Positions 18,001-34,250 of a stretch of 64,000 bases of DNA are shown one piece after another (within the stretch, counting starts at the first letter, position 1; each line of letters begins with the position of its first letter). The stretch is from the human T2T-CHM13v2.0 reference genome, Homo sapiens. The stretch covers positions 7,744,001 through 7,808,000 of the forward strand of contig CP068257.2 in assembly GCA_009914755.4 (NCBI GenBank), read 5' to 3'. The notes under the pieces were generated by a model that was not told the DNA's origin, ran no database searches, and saw only the letters and a program-made list of their open reading frames with translations. Made by a program: the position numbers and the translations under genes.

Positions 18001-21000
18001 TGTACAGTACATTATACATATTTTGGGTACTTTGATATTTTATGTACAGTATATAATATATACTTTGGGTACTTTGGAATTTTATGTGCAGCATATAATA
18101 TACAGTTTGGGTACTTTGATATTTTATGTACAGTATATAATATACAGTTTGGGCAGTTTGTTATTTTATGGACAGTTTATTATAAATGCTTGGGTACTTT
18201 CATAATTTATGTACAGTATATAATACATATTTTGGGTACTTTGATATTTTATGTGCAGCATATAACATATTTGGTGTACTTTCAGATTTTATGTACAGAA
18301 TATAATAAATATTTTATGTACCTTCGTATTTTATGTACAGTATATAATATATATTTGGGAGACCTTAATATATTATGTACAGTATATAACATATATTTGG
18401 GCGACTTTAATATATTATGTACAGTATATAATATATTTTGGTGTACTTTGATATTTTATGTACAGAATATAATATATATTTGATGTACCTTCATATTTTA
18501 TGTACAGTACATAATATATATTTTCGGTACTTTGGTATTTTATGTACACTATATAATATAGAATGTGGGTAATTTGATATTTTATGTACAGTATATAATA
18601 TATACTTTGGGTACTTTGTTATTTTATGTACAGTTTATTATAAATGTTTGGGTACTTTCATAATTTATGTACAGTATATTATACATATTTTGGGTACTTT
18701 GATATTTTATGTACAGTATATAATATATATTTTGTGTAATTTGATATTTTATGTACAGTATATAATACATACTTTGGGTACTTTGATATTTTATGTACAG
18801 TATAAAATACAAACTTTAGGTAATTTGATATTTTATGTACAGTATATAATATATATTTGGCATAGTTTGATATTTTATCTACAGTATATAATAAATACTT
18901 TGGGTACTTTGATATTTTATGTACAGTATATAATATATAATTTGGGTACTTTGATATTTTATGTACAGTATATAATATACAGTTTGAATACTTTGTTATT
19001 TTATGGACAGTTTATTATAACTGTTTGGATACTTTCATAATTTATATACAGTATATTATATATATTTTGGGTACTTTGATATTTTATGTACAGTATATAA
19101 TATATAGTTTGAGTACTTTGTTATTTTATGTACAGTTTATTATAAATGTTTGGGTACTTTCATAATTTATATACAGTATATTATACATACTTTGGGTACT
19201 TTGATATTTTATGTACAGTATATAATATGTAGTTTGGTTACTTTGATATTTTATGTACAGCATATAATATATATTTTCGGTACTTTGATATTTTATGTAC
19301 AGTATATAATATACAGTTTGAGTACTTTGATATTTTATGTACAGAATATAATATATAGTTTGAGTACTTTGTTATTTTATGTACAGTTTATTATAAATGT
19401 TTGGGTACTTTCATAATTTATATACAGTATATTATACATATTTTGGGTTCTTTGATATTTTATGTACACTATATAATATATATTTGGTGTAATGTGATAT
19501 TTTATGTACAGAATAATATATATATTTGATGTACCTTCATATTTTATGTACAGCATATAATATATACTTTGGGTACTTTGATATTTTATGTACAGTATAT
19601 TATATATACTTTGGGTCCTTTGATATTTTATGTGCAGCATATAATATACAGTTTGGGTACTTTGATATTTTATATACAGTGTATAATATACAGTTTGGGT
19701 AGTTTGTTATTTTATGTACAGTTTATTATAAATATTTGGGTACTTTCATAATTTATGTAGAGTGTATTATACATATTTTGGGTACTTTGATATTTTATGT
19801 ACAGTATATAATACATACATTGGGTACCTTGTTATTTTATGTGCAGCATATAACACATATTTGGTGTACTTCCAGATTTTATGTACAGAAGATAAAATAT
19901 ATTTGATGTACCTTCATATTTTATATACAGTATATAATATATATTTGGGCGACCTTTATATATTATGTACAGTATATATTATATATTTGCGTGACTTTAA
20001 TATATTATGTACAGTATATAATATATTTTGGTGTACTTTGATATTTTATGTACAGAATATAATATATATTTTATGTACCTTCATATTTTATGTACAGTAC
20101 ATAATATACATTTTGGGTAATTTGATATTTTATGTACAGTATATAATATAAAGTTTGGGTACTTTGATATTTTATATACTGTAAAGAATATATAGTTTGA
20201 GTACGTTGATATTTTATGTACAGTTTATTATAAATGTTTGGGTACTTTCATAATTTATGTACAGTATATTATACATATTTTGGGTACTTTGATATTTTAT
20301 GTACAGTATATAATACATACTTTGGGTACTTTGATATTTTATGTGCAGCATATAACATATATTTGGTGTACTTTCAGATTTTATGTACAGAATATAATAT
20401 ATATTTGATGTACCTTCATATTTTATGTACAGTGTATAATATATATTTGGGCGACCTTAATATATTATATACAGTATATAATATCTATTTGGGCAACTTT
20501 AATATATTACGTACAGTATATAATATATTTTGGTGTACTTTGATATTTTATGTAGAGAATATAATATATATTTGATTTACCTTCATATTTTATGTACCAT
20601 GCATAATATATATTTTGGGTACTTTGATATTTTATGTACAGTATATAATATACAGTTTGGGTACTTTGATATTTTATGTACTCTATAGAATATATAGTTT
20701 GAGTACTTTGTTATTTTATGTACAGTTTACTATAAATGTTTGGGTACTTTCATAATTTATGTACAGTATATTATACATAATTTGGGTACTTTGATATTTT
20801 ATGTGCAGCATGTAATATATATTTGGTGTACTTTCAGATTTTATGTACAGAATATAATACATACTTTGGGTACTTTGATATTTTATGAACAGTATATAAT
20901 ATATATTTTGGGTACTTTGATATTTTATGTACAGTATATAATATACAGTTTGGGGACTTTGATATTTTATGTACCGTATATAACATATAGTTTGAGTACT

Positions 21001-24000
21001 TTGTTATTTTATGTACAGTGTATTATAAATGTTTGGGTACTTTCATAATTTATGTACAGTATATTATACATATTTTGGGTACTTTGATATTTTATGTACA
21101 GTATATAATACATACTTTGGGTACTTTGATATTTTATGTGCTGCATATAACTTATATTTGGTGTACTTTCAGATTTTATGTACAGAATATAATATATATT
21201 TGATGTACCTTCATATTTTATGTACAGTGTATAATATATATTTGGGCAAACTTAATATACTATGTACAGTATATAATATATATTTGGGCGACTTTAATAT
21301 ATTACGTACAGTATATAATATATTTTGGTGTACTTTGATATTTTATGTACAGAATATAATATGTATTTGATGTACCTTCATATTTTATGTACAGTGCATA
21401 ATATATATTTTGGGTACTTTGATATTTTATGTACAGTATATAAGATACAGTTTGGGTACTTTGATATTTTATGTACTGTATAGAATATATAGTTTGAGTA
21501 CATTGTTATTTTATGTACAATTTATTATAAATGTTTGGGTACTTTCATAATTTATGTACAGTATATTAGACATATTTTGGGTACTTTGATATTTTATGTA
21601 CAGTATATAATATACAGTTTGGGTACTTTGATATTTTATGTGCAGCATGTAATATATATTTGGTGTACTTTCAGATTTTGTTTACAGAATATTATACATA
21701 CTTTGGGTACTTTGATATTTTATGAACAGTATATAATATATATTTTGGGTACTTTGATATTTTATGTACAGTATATAACATACAGTTTGGGTACTTTGAT
21801 ATTTTATATACAGTATATAATATACAGTTTGAGTACTTTGTTATTTTATGTACAGTTTATTATAAATGTTTGGGTATATTCGTAATTTATGTACAGTATA
21901 TTATGCATATTTTGGGTACTTTGATATTTTATGTACAGTTTATAATATATATTTGGTGTAATGTGATATTTTATGTACAGAATAATATATATATTTGATG
22001 TACCTTCATATTTTATGTACCGTATGTAATATATACTTTGGGTACTTGGATATTTTATGTACAGTATATAATATATACTTTGCGTACTTTGATATTTTAT
22101 GTGCAGCGTATAATATACAGTTTGGGTACTTTGATATTTTATGTACAGTATATAATATACAGTTTGGGTAGTTTGTTATTTTATGTACAGTTTATTATAA
22201 ATGCTTGGGTACTTTCATAATTTATGTACAGTATATTATACATATTTTGGGTACTTTGATATTTTATGTACAGTGTATAATACATACTTTGGGTACTTTG
22301 ATATTTTATGTGCAGCATATAACACATATATGGTGTACTTTCAAATTTTATGTACAGAATATAATATATATTTGATGTACCTTCATATGTTATGTACAGT
22401 ATACAGTATATATTTGGGCGACCTTAATATATTATATAGAGTATATAATATATATTTGGGCGACTTTAATATATTACGTACAGTATATTATATATTTCGG
22501 TGTACTTTGATATTTTATGTACAGAATATACTATATATTTGATGTACCTTCATATATAATGTACAGTACATAATATATATTTTGGAGTGTTTGATATTTT
22601 ATGTACAGTATATAATATCCAGTTTGGGTACTATGATATTTTATGTACTGCATAGAATATATAGTTTGAGTACTTTGTTATTTTATGTACAGTTTACTAT
22701 AAATGTTTGGGTACTTTCATAATTTATGTACAGTATATTATGCATATTTTGGGTACTTTGATATTTTATGTACAGTATATAATACATACTTTGTGTACTT
22801 TGATATTTTATGTGCAGCATATAACATATATTTGGTGTACTTTCAGATTTTATGTACAGAATATAATATATATTTGATGTACCTTCATATTTTATGTACA
22901 GTGTATAATATATATTTGGGCGACCTTAATATATTATGTACAGTATATAATATATATTTTGGCGACTTTAATATATTACATACATTATATAATATATTTT
23001 GGTGTACTTTGATATTTTATGTACAGAATATAATATATATTTGATGAACCTTCATATTCTATGTACAGTGCATAATATATATTTTGGGTAATTTGATATT
23101 TTATGCACAGTATATAATGTACAGTTTGGGTACTTTGATATTTTATGTACTGTATAGAATATATAGTTTGAGTACTTTGTTATTTTATGTACAGTTTACT
23201 TTAAATGTTTGGGTACTTTCATAATTTATGTACAGTATATTATACATATTTTGGGTTCTTTGATATTTTATGTACAGTATATAATACATACTTTGGGTAA
23301 TTTGATATTTTATGTGCAGCATGAAATATATATTTGGTGTACTTTCAGATTTTATGTACAGAATATAATACATACTTTTGGTACTTTAATATTTTAGGAA
23401 CAGTATATAATATATATTTTGGGTACTTTGATATTTTTATGTACAGTATATAATATACAGTTTGGGTACTATGATATTTTATGTACAGTATATAATATAT
23501 AGTTTGAGTACTTTGTTATTTTATGTACAGTTTATTATAAATGTTTGGGTACTTTCATAATTTATGTACAGTATATTATACATATTTTGGGTATTTTGAT
23601 AATTTATGTACAGTATATAATATATATTTAGTGTAATTTGATATTTTATGTACAGTATATAATACATACTTTGGGTACTTTGATATTTTATGTACAGGAT
23701 AAAATACATACTTTGGGTAATTTGATTTTTTATGTACAGTATATAATATATATTTGGCGTAGTTTGATATTTTATGTACAGTATATAATATATATTTGGT
23801 GTAATGTGATATTTTATATAGAGAATAATATGTATATTTGATGTACCTTCATATTTTATGTACAGTATGTAATATATACTTTGAGTACTTTGACATTTTA
23901 TGTACAGTATATAATATATACTTTGGGTACTTTGATATTTTATGTGCAGCGTATAATATACAGTTTGGGTACTTTGATATTTTATGTCCAGTATATAATA

Positions 24001-27000
24001 TACAGTTTGGGTCGTTTGTTATGTTATGTACAGTTTATTATAAATGTTTGGGTACTTTCATAATTTATGTACAGTATATTATACATATTTTGGGTACTTT
24101 GATATTTTATGTACAGTATATAATACATACTTTGGGTACTTTGATATTTTATGTGCAGCATATAACATATATTTGGTGTACTTTCAGATTTTATGTACAG
24201 AATATAATATATATTTGATGTACCTTCATATTTTATGTACAGAATATAATATATATTTGGGTGACCTCAATATATTATGTACAGTATATAATATATATTT
24301 GGGTGACCTTAATATATTATATACAGTATATAATATATATTTGGGCGACTTTAATATATTATGTACAGTATATAATATATTTTGGTGTACTTTGATATTT
24401 TATGTACAGAATATAATATATATTTGATATACCTTCATATTTTATGTACAGTGCATAATATATATTTTGGGTACTTTGATATTTTATGTACAGTATATAA
24501 GATACAGTTTGGGTACTTTGATATTTTATGTACTGTATAGAATATATAGTTTGAGTTCTTTGTTATTTTATGTACAGTTTACTAAAAATGTTTGGGTACT
24601 TTCATAATTTATGTACAGTATATTATACATATTTTCGGTACTTTGATATTTTATGTACAGTATATAATACATACTTTGTGTAATTTGATATTTTATGTAC
24701 AGTATATAATATATATTGGGTGTAATTTGATATTTTATGTACACTATATAATACATACTTTGGGTACTTTGATATTTTATGAACAGTATATAATATATAT
24801 TTTGGGTACTTTGATATTTTATGTACAGTATATAATATATAGTTTGAGCACTTTGTTATTTTATGTACAGTTTATTATAAAAGTTTGGGTACTTTCATAA
24901 TTTATGTATAGTATATTAGACATATTTTGGGTACTTTAATATTTTATGTACAGTATATAATATATATTTGGTGTAATGTGATATTTTATGTACAGAATAA
25001 TATATATATTGGATGTACCTTCATATTTTATGTACAGTACATAATATATATTTTGGGTACTTTGATATTTTATGTACAGTATATAATATAGAGTTTGGGT
25101 ACTTTGATATTTTATGTGCAGCGTATAATATACAGTTTGGGTACTTTGATATTTTATGTACAGTATATAATATACAGTTTGGGTAGTTTGTTATTTTATG
25201 TACAGTTTATTATAAATGTTTGGGTACTTTCATAATTTATGTACAGTATATTATACATATTTTGGGTACTTTGATATTTTATGTACAGTATATGATACAT
25301 ACTTTGGGTACTTTGATATTTTATGGGCAGCATATAACATATATTTGGTGTACTTTCAGATTTTATGTACAGAATATAATATATATTTGATGTACATTCA
25401 TATTTTATGTAAAGTATATAATATATATTTGGGCGACCTTAATATATTATGTACAGTATATAAAATATATTTGGTGTGATGTGATATTTTATGTACAGAA
25501 TAATATATATATTTGATGTACCTTCATATTTTATGTACAGTATGTAATATATACTTTGGGTACTTTGACATTTTATGTACAGTATATAATATATACTTTG
25601 GGAACTTTGATATTTTATGTGCAGCATATAATATACAGTTTGGGTACTTTTATATTTTATGTACAGTATATATTATACAGTTTGGGTAGTCTGTTATTTT
25701 ATGTACAGTTTAGTATAAATGTTTGGGTACTTTCATAATTTATGTACAGTATATTACGCATATTTCGGTACTTTGATATTTTATGTACAGTATATAATAC
25801 ATAATTTGGGTACTTTGATATTTTATGTGCAGCATATAACATATATTTGGTGTACTTTCAGATTTTATGTACAGAATATAATATATATTTGATGTACCTT
25901 CATATTTTATGTACAGTGTATAATATATATTTGGGCGACCTTAATATATTATGTACAGTATATAATATATATTTGGGCGACATTAACATATTATGTACAG
26001 TATATAATATATTTTGGTGTACTTTGATATTTTATGTACAGAATATAATATATATTTGATGTACCTTCATATTTTATGTACAGTACATAATATATATTTT
26101 GGGTACTTTGATATTTTATGTACAGTATATAATATACATTTTGGGAACTTTGATATTTTATGTACTGTATAGAATATATAGTTTGAGCACTTTGTTATTT
26201 TATGTACAGTTTACTATAAATGTTTGGGTACTTTCATAATTTATGTACAGTATATTATACATATTTTGTGTACTTTGATATTTTATGTACAGTATATAAT
26301 ACATACTTTGGGTAATTTGATATTTTATTTACAGTATATAATATATATTGGGTGTAATTTGATATTTTATGTACAGTATATAATACATACTTTGGGTACT
26401 TTGATATTTTATGAACAGTATATAATATATATTTTGGGTACTTTGATATTTTATGTACAGTATATAATATATAGTTTGAGCACTTTGTTATCTTTGTTAT
26501 TTTATGTACAGTTTATTATAAATGTTTGGGTACTTTCATAATTTATGTATAGTATATTAGACATATTTTTGGTACTTTAATATTTTATGTACAGTATATA
26601 ATATATATTTGGTGTAATGTGATATTTTATGTACAGAACAATATATATATTTGATGTACCTTCATATTTTATGTACAGTATGTAATATATACTTTGGGTA
26701 CTTTGATATTTTATGTACAGTATGTAATATATACTTTGGGTACTTTGATATTTTATGTGCAGCGTATAATATACAGTTTGGGTACTTTGATATTTTATGT
26801 GCAGCGTATAATATACAGTTTGGGTACTTTGATATTTTATGTACAGTATATAATATACAGTTTGGGTAGTTTGTTATTTTATGTACAGTTTATTATATAT
26901 ATTTGGGTACTTTCATAATTTATGTACAGTATATTATACATATTTTGGGTACTTTGAAATTTTATGTACAGTATATAATACATACTTTGGGTACTTTGAT

Positions 27001-30000
27001 ATTTTATGTGCAGCATATAACATATATTTGGTGTACTTTCAGATTTTATGTACAGAATATAATATATATTTGATGTACCTTCATATTTTATGTACAGTGT
27101 ATAATATATATTTGGGCGACCATAATATATTATGTACAGTATATAATATATATTTGGGCGAGTTTAATATATTACGAACAGTATATATTTCGGTGTACTT
27201 TGATATTTTATGTACAGAATATAATATATATTTGATGTACCTTCATATTTTATGTACCCTATATAATATATACTTTGTGTACTTTGATATTTTCTGTACA
27301 GTATATAATATATACTTTGGGTACTTTGATATTTTATGTACTGTATAGAATATATAGTTTGAGTACTTTGTTATATTATGTACAGTTTATTATAAATGTT
27401 TGGGTACTTTCATAATTTATGTACAGTATATTATACATATTTTGGGTACTTTGATATTTTATGTACAGTATATAATACATACTTTGGGTACTTTGATATT
27501 TTATGGGCAGCATATAACATATATTTGGTGTACTTACGGATTTTATGTACAGAATATAATACATATTTTATGTACCTTCATATTTTATGTACAGTATATA
27601 ATATATATTTGGGCGACCTTAATATATTATGTACAGTATATAATATATATTTGGGTGACTTTAATATATTATGTACAGTATATAATATATTTTGGTGTAC
27701 TTTGATATTTTATGTACAGAATATAATATATATTTGATGTACCTTAATATTTTATGTACAGTACATAATATATATTTTGGGTACTTTGATATTTTATGTA
27801 CAGTATATAATATATATTTGGTGTAATGTGATATTTTATGTACAGAATAATATATATATTTGATGTACCTTCATATTTTATGTACAGTATATAATATATA
27901 CTTTGGGTACTTTGATATTTTATGTACTGTATATTATATAGACTTTGGGTACTTTGATATTTTATGTGCAGCGTATAATATACAGTTTGGGTACTTTGAT
28001 ATTTTATGTACAGTGTATAATATACAGTTTGGGTAGTTTGATATTTTATGTACAATTTATTATAAATGTTTGGGTACTTTCATAATTTATGTACAGTATA
28101 TTATACATATTTTGGGTACTTTGATATTTTATATACAGTACATACTACAAACTTTGGGTAATTTGATATTTTATGTACAGTATATAATATATATTTGGTG
28201 TAGTTTGATATTTTATGTACAGGGTATAATACATACTTTGGGTACTTTGATATTTTATGTACAGTATACAATATATATTTTGGGTACTTAGATATTTTAT
28301 GTACAGTATATAATACATACTTTGTGTAATTTGATATTTTATGTGCAGCATATAACATATATTTGATGTACATTCATTTTTTATGTACAGAATATAATAT
28401 ATATTTGATGTACCTTCATATTTTATGTACAGTATATAATATAAATTTGGGCGACCTTAATATATTATGTACGGTATATAATATATATTTGTGCGTCTTT
28501 AATATATTATGTATAGTATATAATATATTTTGGTGTACTTTGATATTATATGTACAGAATATAATATATATTTGATGTACCTTCATATTTTATGTACAGT
28601 ACATAATATATATTTTGGGAAATTTGATATTTTATGTTCAGTATATAATATACAGTTTGGGTACTTTGATATTTTATGTACTGTATAGAATATATAGTTT
28701 GAGTACTTTGTTATTTTATGTACAGTTTATTATAAATGTTTGGGTACTTTCATAATTTATGTAGAGTATATTATACATATTTTGGGTACTTTGATATTTT
28801 ATATACAGTATATAATACATACTTTGGGTAATTTGATATTTTATGTACAGTATATAATATATATTTGGTGTAGTTTGATATTTTATGTACAGGGTATAAT
28901 ACATACTTTGGGTACTTTGATATTTTATGTACAGTATAGAATATATATTTTGGGCACTTTGATATTTTATGTACAGTATATAATACATACTTTGGGTACT
29001 TTGATATTTTATGTGCAGCATATAACATATATTTGGTGTACATTCATTTTTTATGTACAGAATATAATATATATTTGATGTACCTTCATATTTTATGTAC
29101 AGTATATAATATAAATTTGGGCGACCTTAATATATTATGTACGGTATATAATATATATTTGTGCGACTTTAATATATTATGTATAGTATATAATATATTT
29201 TGGTGTACTTTGATATTTTATGTACAGAATATAATATATATTTGATGTACCTTCATATTTTATCTACAGTACATAATATATATTTTGGGTAATTTGATAT
29301 TTTATGTACAGAATATAATATACAGTTTGGGAACTTTGATATTTTATGTATTGTATAGAATATAGAGTTTGAGTACTTTGTTATTTTATGTACAGTTTAT
29401 TATAAATGTTTGAGTACTTTCATAATTTATGTACAGTATATTATACATATTTTGGGTACTTTGATATTTTATGTACAGTATATAATACGTACTTTGGGTA
29501 ATTTGATATTTTATGTACAGTATATAATATATATTTGGTGTAGTTTGATATTTTATGTACAGGATATAATACATACTTTGGGTACTTTGATATTTTATGT
29601 ACAGTATATAATATACATTTTGGGTACTTTGATATTTTATGTACAGTATATAATATACAGTTTGGGTACTTTGATATTTTATGTACAGTATATAATATAT
29701 AGTTTGAGTACTTTGTTATTTTATGTACAGTTTATTATAAATGTTTGTGTACTTTCAAAAATTATGTACAGCATATTATACATATTTTGGGTACTTTGAT
29801 ATTTTATGTACAGTATATAATACATACTTTGGGTACTTTGATATTTTCTGTGCAGCATATAATATATATTTGGTGTAATTTCAGATTTTATGTACAGAAT
29901 ATAAAATATGTTTCATGTACCTTCATATTTTATGTACAGTATATAATATATATTTGGGCGACCTTAATATATTATGTACAGTATATAATATATTTTGGTG

Positions 30001-33000
30001 TACTTTGATATTTTATGTACAGAATATAATATACATTTGATGTACCTTCATATTTTATGTACAGTACATAATATATATTTTCGCTACTTTGATATTTTAT
30101 GTACAGTATATAATATACAGTTTGGGTACTTTGATATTTTATGTACAGTATATAATAAATAGTTTGGGTACTTTGTTATTTTATGTAAAGTTTATTATAA
30201 ATGTTTGGGTACTTTCATAATTTATGTACAGTATATTATATATATTTTGGGTACTTTGATATTTTATGTACAGTATATAATATATATTTGGTTTAATTTG
30301 ATATTTTATGTACAGGATATAATACATACTTTGGGTACTTTGATATTTTATGTACAGTATAAAATACATACCTTGGGTAATTTGATATTTTATGTACAGT
30401 ATATAATATATATTTGGCGTAGTTTGATAATTTATGTACAGTATATAATACATACTTTGGGTAATTTGATATTTTATGTACAGTATATAATATATATTTT
30501 GGGTACTTTGATATTTATGTACAGTATATAATATACAGTTTGAGTACTTTGATATTTTATGTACAGTATATAATATATAGTTTGAGTACTTTGTTATTTT
30601 ATGTACACTTTATTATAAATGTTTGGGTACTTTCATGATTTATATACAGTATATTATACATACTTTGGGTACTTTGATATTTTATGTACAGTATATAATA
30701 TATATTTGGTGTAATGTGATATTTTATGTACAGAATAATATATATATTTGATGTACCTTCATATTTTATGTACAGAATGTAATATATACTTTGGGTACTT
30801 TGATATTTTATGTACATTATATAATATATACTTTGGGTACTTTGATATTTTATGTGCAGCATATAATATACAGTTTGGATACTTTGATATTTTATGTACA
30901 GTATATACTATACTCTTTGGGTAGTTTGTTATTTTATGTACAGTTTATTTTAAATGTTTGGGTACTTTCATAATGTATGTACAGTATATTATACATATTT
31001 TGGGTACTTTGATATTTTATGTACAGTATATAATACATACTTTGGGTACTTTGATATTTCATGTGCAGCATATAACATATATTTGGTGTACTTTCAGATT
31101 TTATGTACAGAATATAATATATATTTGATGTACCTTCATATTTTATGTACAGTATATAATATATATTTGGGCGACTTTAATATATTATGTACAGTATATC
31201 ATATATTTTGGTGTACTTTGATATTTTATGTACAGAATATAATATATATTTGATGTACCTTCATATTTTATGTACAGAATATAATATATATTTGATGTAC
31301 CTTCATATTTTATGTACAGTAGATGATATATATTTTGGGGAATTTGATATTTCATGTACAGTATATAATATACAGTTTGGGTACTTTGATATTTTATGTA
31401 CTGTATAGAATATATAGTTTGAGTACGTTATTATCTTATGTACAGTTTATTATAAATGTTTGGGTACTTTCATAATTTATGTACAGTATATTATACATAT
31501 TTTGGGTACTTTGATATTTTATGTACAGTATATAATACATACTTTGGGTACTTTGATATTTTATGTGCAGCATATAACATATATTTGGTGTACTTTCAGA
31601 TTTTATGTACAGAATATAAAATATATTTGATGTACCTTCATATTTTATGTACAGTATATAATATATATTTGGGCGACCTTAATATATTATGTACAGTATA
31701 TAATATATATTTGTGCGACTTTAATATATTATGTACAGTATATAATATATTTTGGTGTAGTTTGATATTTTATGTACAGAATATAATATATATTTGATGT
31801 ACCTTCATATTTTATGTACAGTACATAATATATATTTTGCGTAATTTGATATTTTATGTTCAGTATATAATACACAGTTTGGGTACTTTGATATTTTATG
31901 TACTGTATAGAATATATAGTTTGAGTACGTTGTTATTTTATGTACAGTTTATTATAAATGTTTGGGTACTTTCATAATTTATGTACAGTATATTATACAT
32001 ATTTTGGGTTCTTTGATATTTTATGTACAGTATATAATACATACTTTGGTTACTTTGATATTTTATGTGCAGAATATAACATATATTTGGTGTACTTTCA
32101 AATTTTATGTACAGAATATAATATATATTTCATATACCTTCATATTTTATGTACAGTATATAATATATATTTGGGTGAAGTTAATATATTATGTACAGTA
32201 TATAATATATATTTGGGTGACTTTAATATATTATGTACAGTATATAATATATTTTGGTGTACTTTGATAATTTATGTACAGAATATAATATATACTAGAT
32301 GTACCTTCATATTTTATGTACAGTACATAATATATATTTTGGGTACTTTGATATTTTATGTACGGTATATAATATACAGTTTGGGTACTTTGATATTTTA
32401 TGTCCTGTATAGAATATATAGTTTGAGTACTTTGTTATTTTATGTACATTTTATTATAAATGGGTACTTTCACAATTTATGTACAGAATATTATACATAT
32501 TTTGGGTACTTTGGTATTTTATGTACAGTATATAATACATACTTTGGGTAATTTGATATTTTATGTACAGTATATAATATATATTTGGTGTAATGTGATA
32601 TTTTAGGTACAGAATAATATATATATTTGATGTACATTCATATTTTATGTACAGTATGTAATATATACTTTGTGTACTTTGATATTTTATGTACAGTATA
32701 TAATATATACTTTGGGTACTTTGATATTTTATGTGAAGCATATAATATACAGTTTGGGTACTTTGATATTTTTTGTACAGTATATAATATACAGTTTGGG
32801 TAGTTTGTTATTTTATGTACAGTTTATCATAAATGTTTGGGTACTTTCATAATTTATGTACAGTACATAATATATATTTTGGGTACTTTGATATTTTATG
32901 TACAATATATAATATACAGTTTGGGTACCTTGATATTTTATGTACAGTATGAAATATACAGTTTGGGTACTTTGATATATTATGTACAGTATATATGTTT

Positions 33001-33420
33001 GGGTAGTCTGATATTTTATGTACAGTACAGAATATATATTTGGTGTACTTTGATATTTTTTGTACAGTATAGAATATATATTTGGTGTAATTTGATATTT
33101 TGTGTACAGTATATAATATATAGTTTGGGTACTTTGATATGTTATGTACAGTAGATAATACATGTTTGTGTACTTTGATATTTTATTTACAATATAGAAT
33201 ATATATTTGGTGTACTTTGATATTTTATGTACAGCATAGAATATATATTTGGTGTACTTTTATATTTTATGTACACTAATATATAGTTTCTGTACCTTGA
33301 TATTTTATGTACAGTATATAATATATAGATTCAGTACTTTGATATTTTATGTACAGTATGGAATATATAGTTTGCATACTTTGATATTTTATGTACAGTA
33401 TATGTTATATAGTTTGGGAG
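1..33420. repeat. AT-rich 42-bp satellite/minisatellite array of about 790 units, truncated by the left window edge, with a mosaic higher-order repeat structure
   Basis: Direct reading shows the motif attttatgtacag + 14 nt AT-rich + tttgggtactttgat (42 bp) repeating head-to-tail over the whole interval in one orientation. Variant monomers (e.g. ...tttgatgtaccttcat..., ...tttgggcgaccttaat..., and a 41-bp anchor cagtttattataaatgtttgggtactttcataatttatgtacag) recur at fixed multi-unit spacings. The six-frame ORFs here are frame-preserving repeat artefacts. Confidence 0.95.
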
Positions 33421-33962
33421 CATAATATCAAATATTAAAATATATATTATATTATGATATATTAAATATCATACATATGTATCATATATTGTACATTATA
33501 TATTATATATTATACATTTTATATGTTATATATTATATATAATGATACTTATATAATTATACATATAACTACATAATTATATAATTATATACATAATTAT
33601 TTGTATTATATATATAATTATATGATTATATATTTATTTATATTACATATAATTATACAATTATATATATTTTATTATATATAAATTATAATATGTAACA
33701 AAATAGATATATTATATATCATGATATATTAGATACGTTATACATTTTATTATATATAACTATATATTACATTATATATAACTATATATTTTCATCTATA
33801 ATATATATAATGTATATGTATTATATAATATATATTACATAACACATATAATATATATGTAATATGACATGATAAATATTACATATTATGACATATAATA
33901 TATATGACATTATATATTACATGTAAAGCATATTATATAATATATGGTATATGTCATATAAT

Positions 33963-34250
33963 TTTTTTTTAGACAGCGTCTTGTTCTGTTGCACAGGCTG
34001 GAGTACAATGGCGCCATCTTTGCTCACTGCAACATGTGCCTCACATGTTCAAGCGATTGTCCTACCTCAGCCTCCCAGGTAGCTGGGACTACACCGCACT
34101 GGTACTACACCAGCTGCCACCATGCCTAGCTAATTTTTTGGATTTTTAGTAGTGACAGCGTTTCACTGTATTGGACAGGATGGTCTTGATCTCCTCACCT
34201 TGTGATCCTCTTGCCTTGGCCTCCAAAAGTGCTGGGATTACAGGCCTGAG
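33963..34250 (-). mobile_element. Alu, macro-repeat copy 1
   Basis: Reverse complement of the Alu consensus: poly-T start, …gcctcagcctcccaggtagctgggactaca…, ending …cctccaaaagtgctgggattacaggcctgagcc. Confidence 0.9.

Noticed and set aside
1-33420. Dozens of 60-197 aa ORFs on both strands (e.g. ILCTVYNIYFGYFD… and YILYIKYQSTQSMY… periodic peptides)
   Set aside because: They are generated by the 42-bp (14-codon) AT-rich repeat, which preserves reading frame and is stop-poor in some frames. The peptides are perfectly periodic, low-complexity and mirror the DNA repeat. There is no start context, no codon bias and no homology to real proteins.
1-33420. Direct identification of the 42-bp array as the FRA10B fragile-site repeat
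   Set aside because: This rests only on the recalled facts that FRA10B is an AT-rich ~42-bp minisatellite. I cannot recall its consensus well enough to compare, and other AT-rich 42-bp arrays may exist. I have kept it as a hypothesis to test rather than a call.
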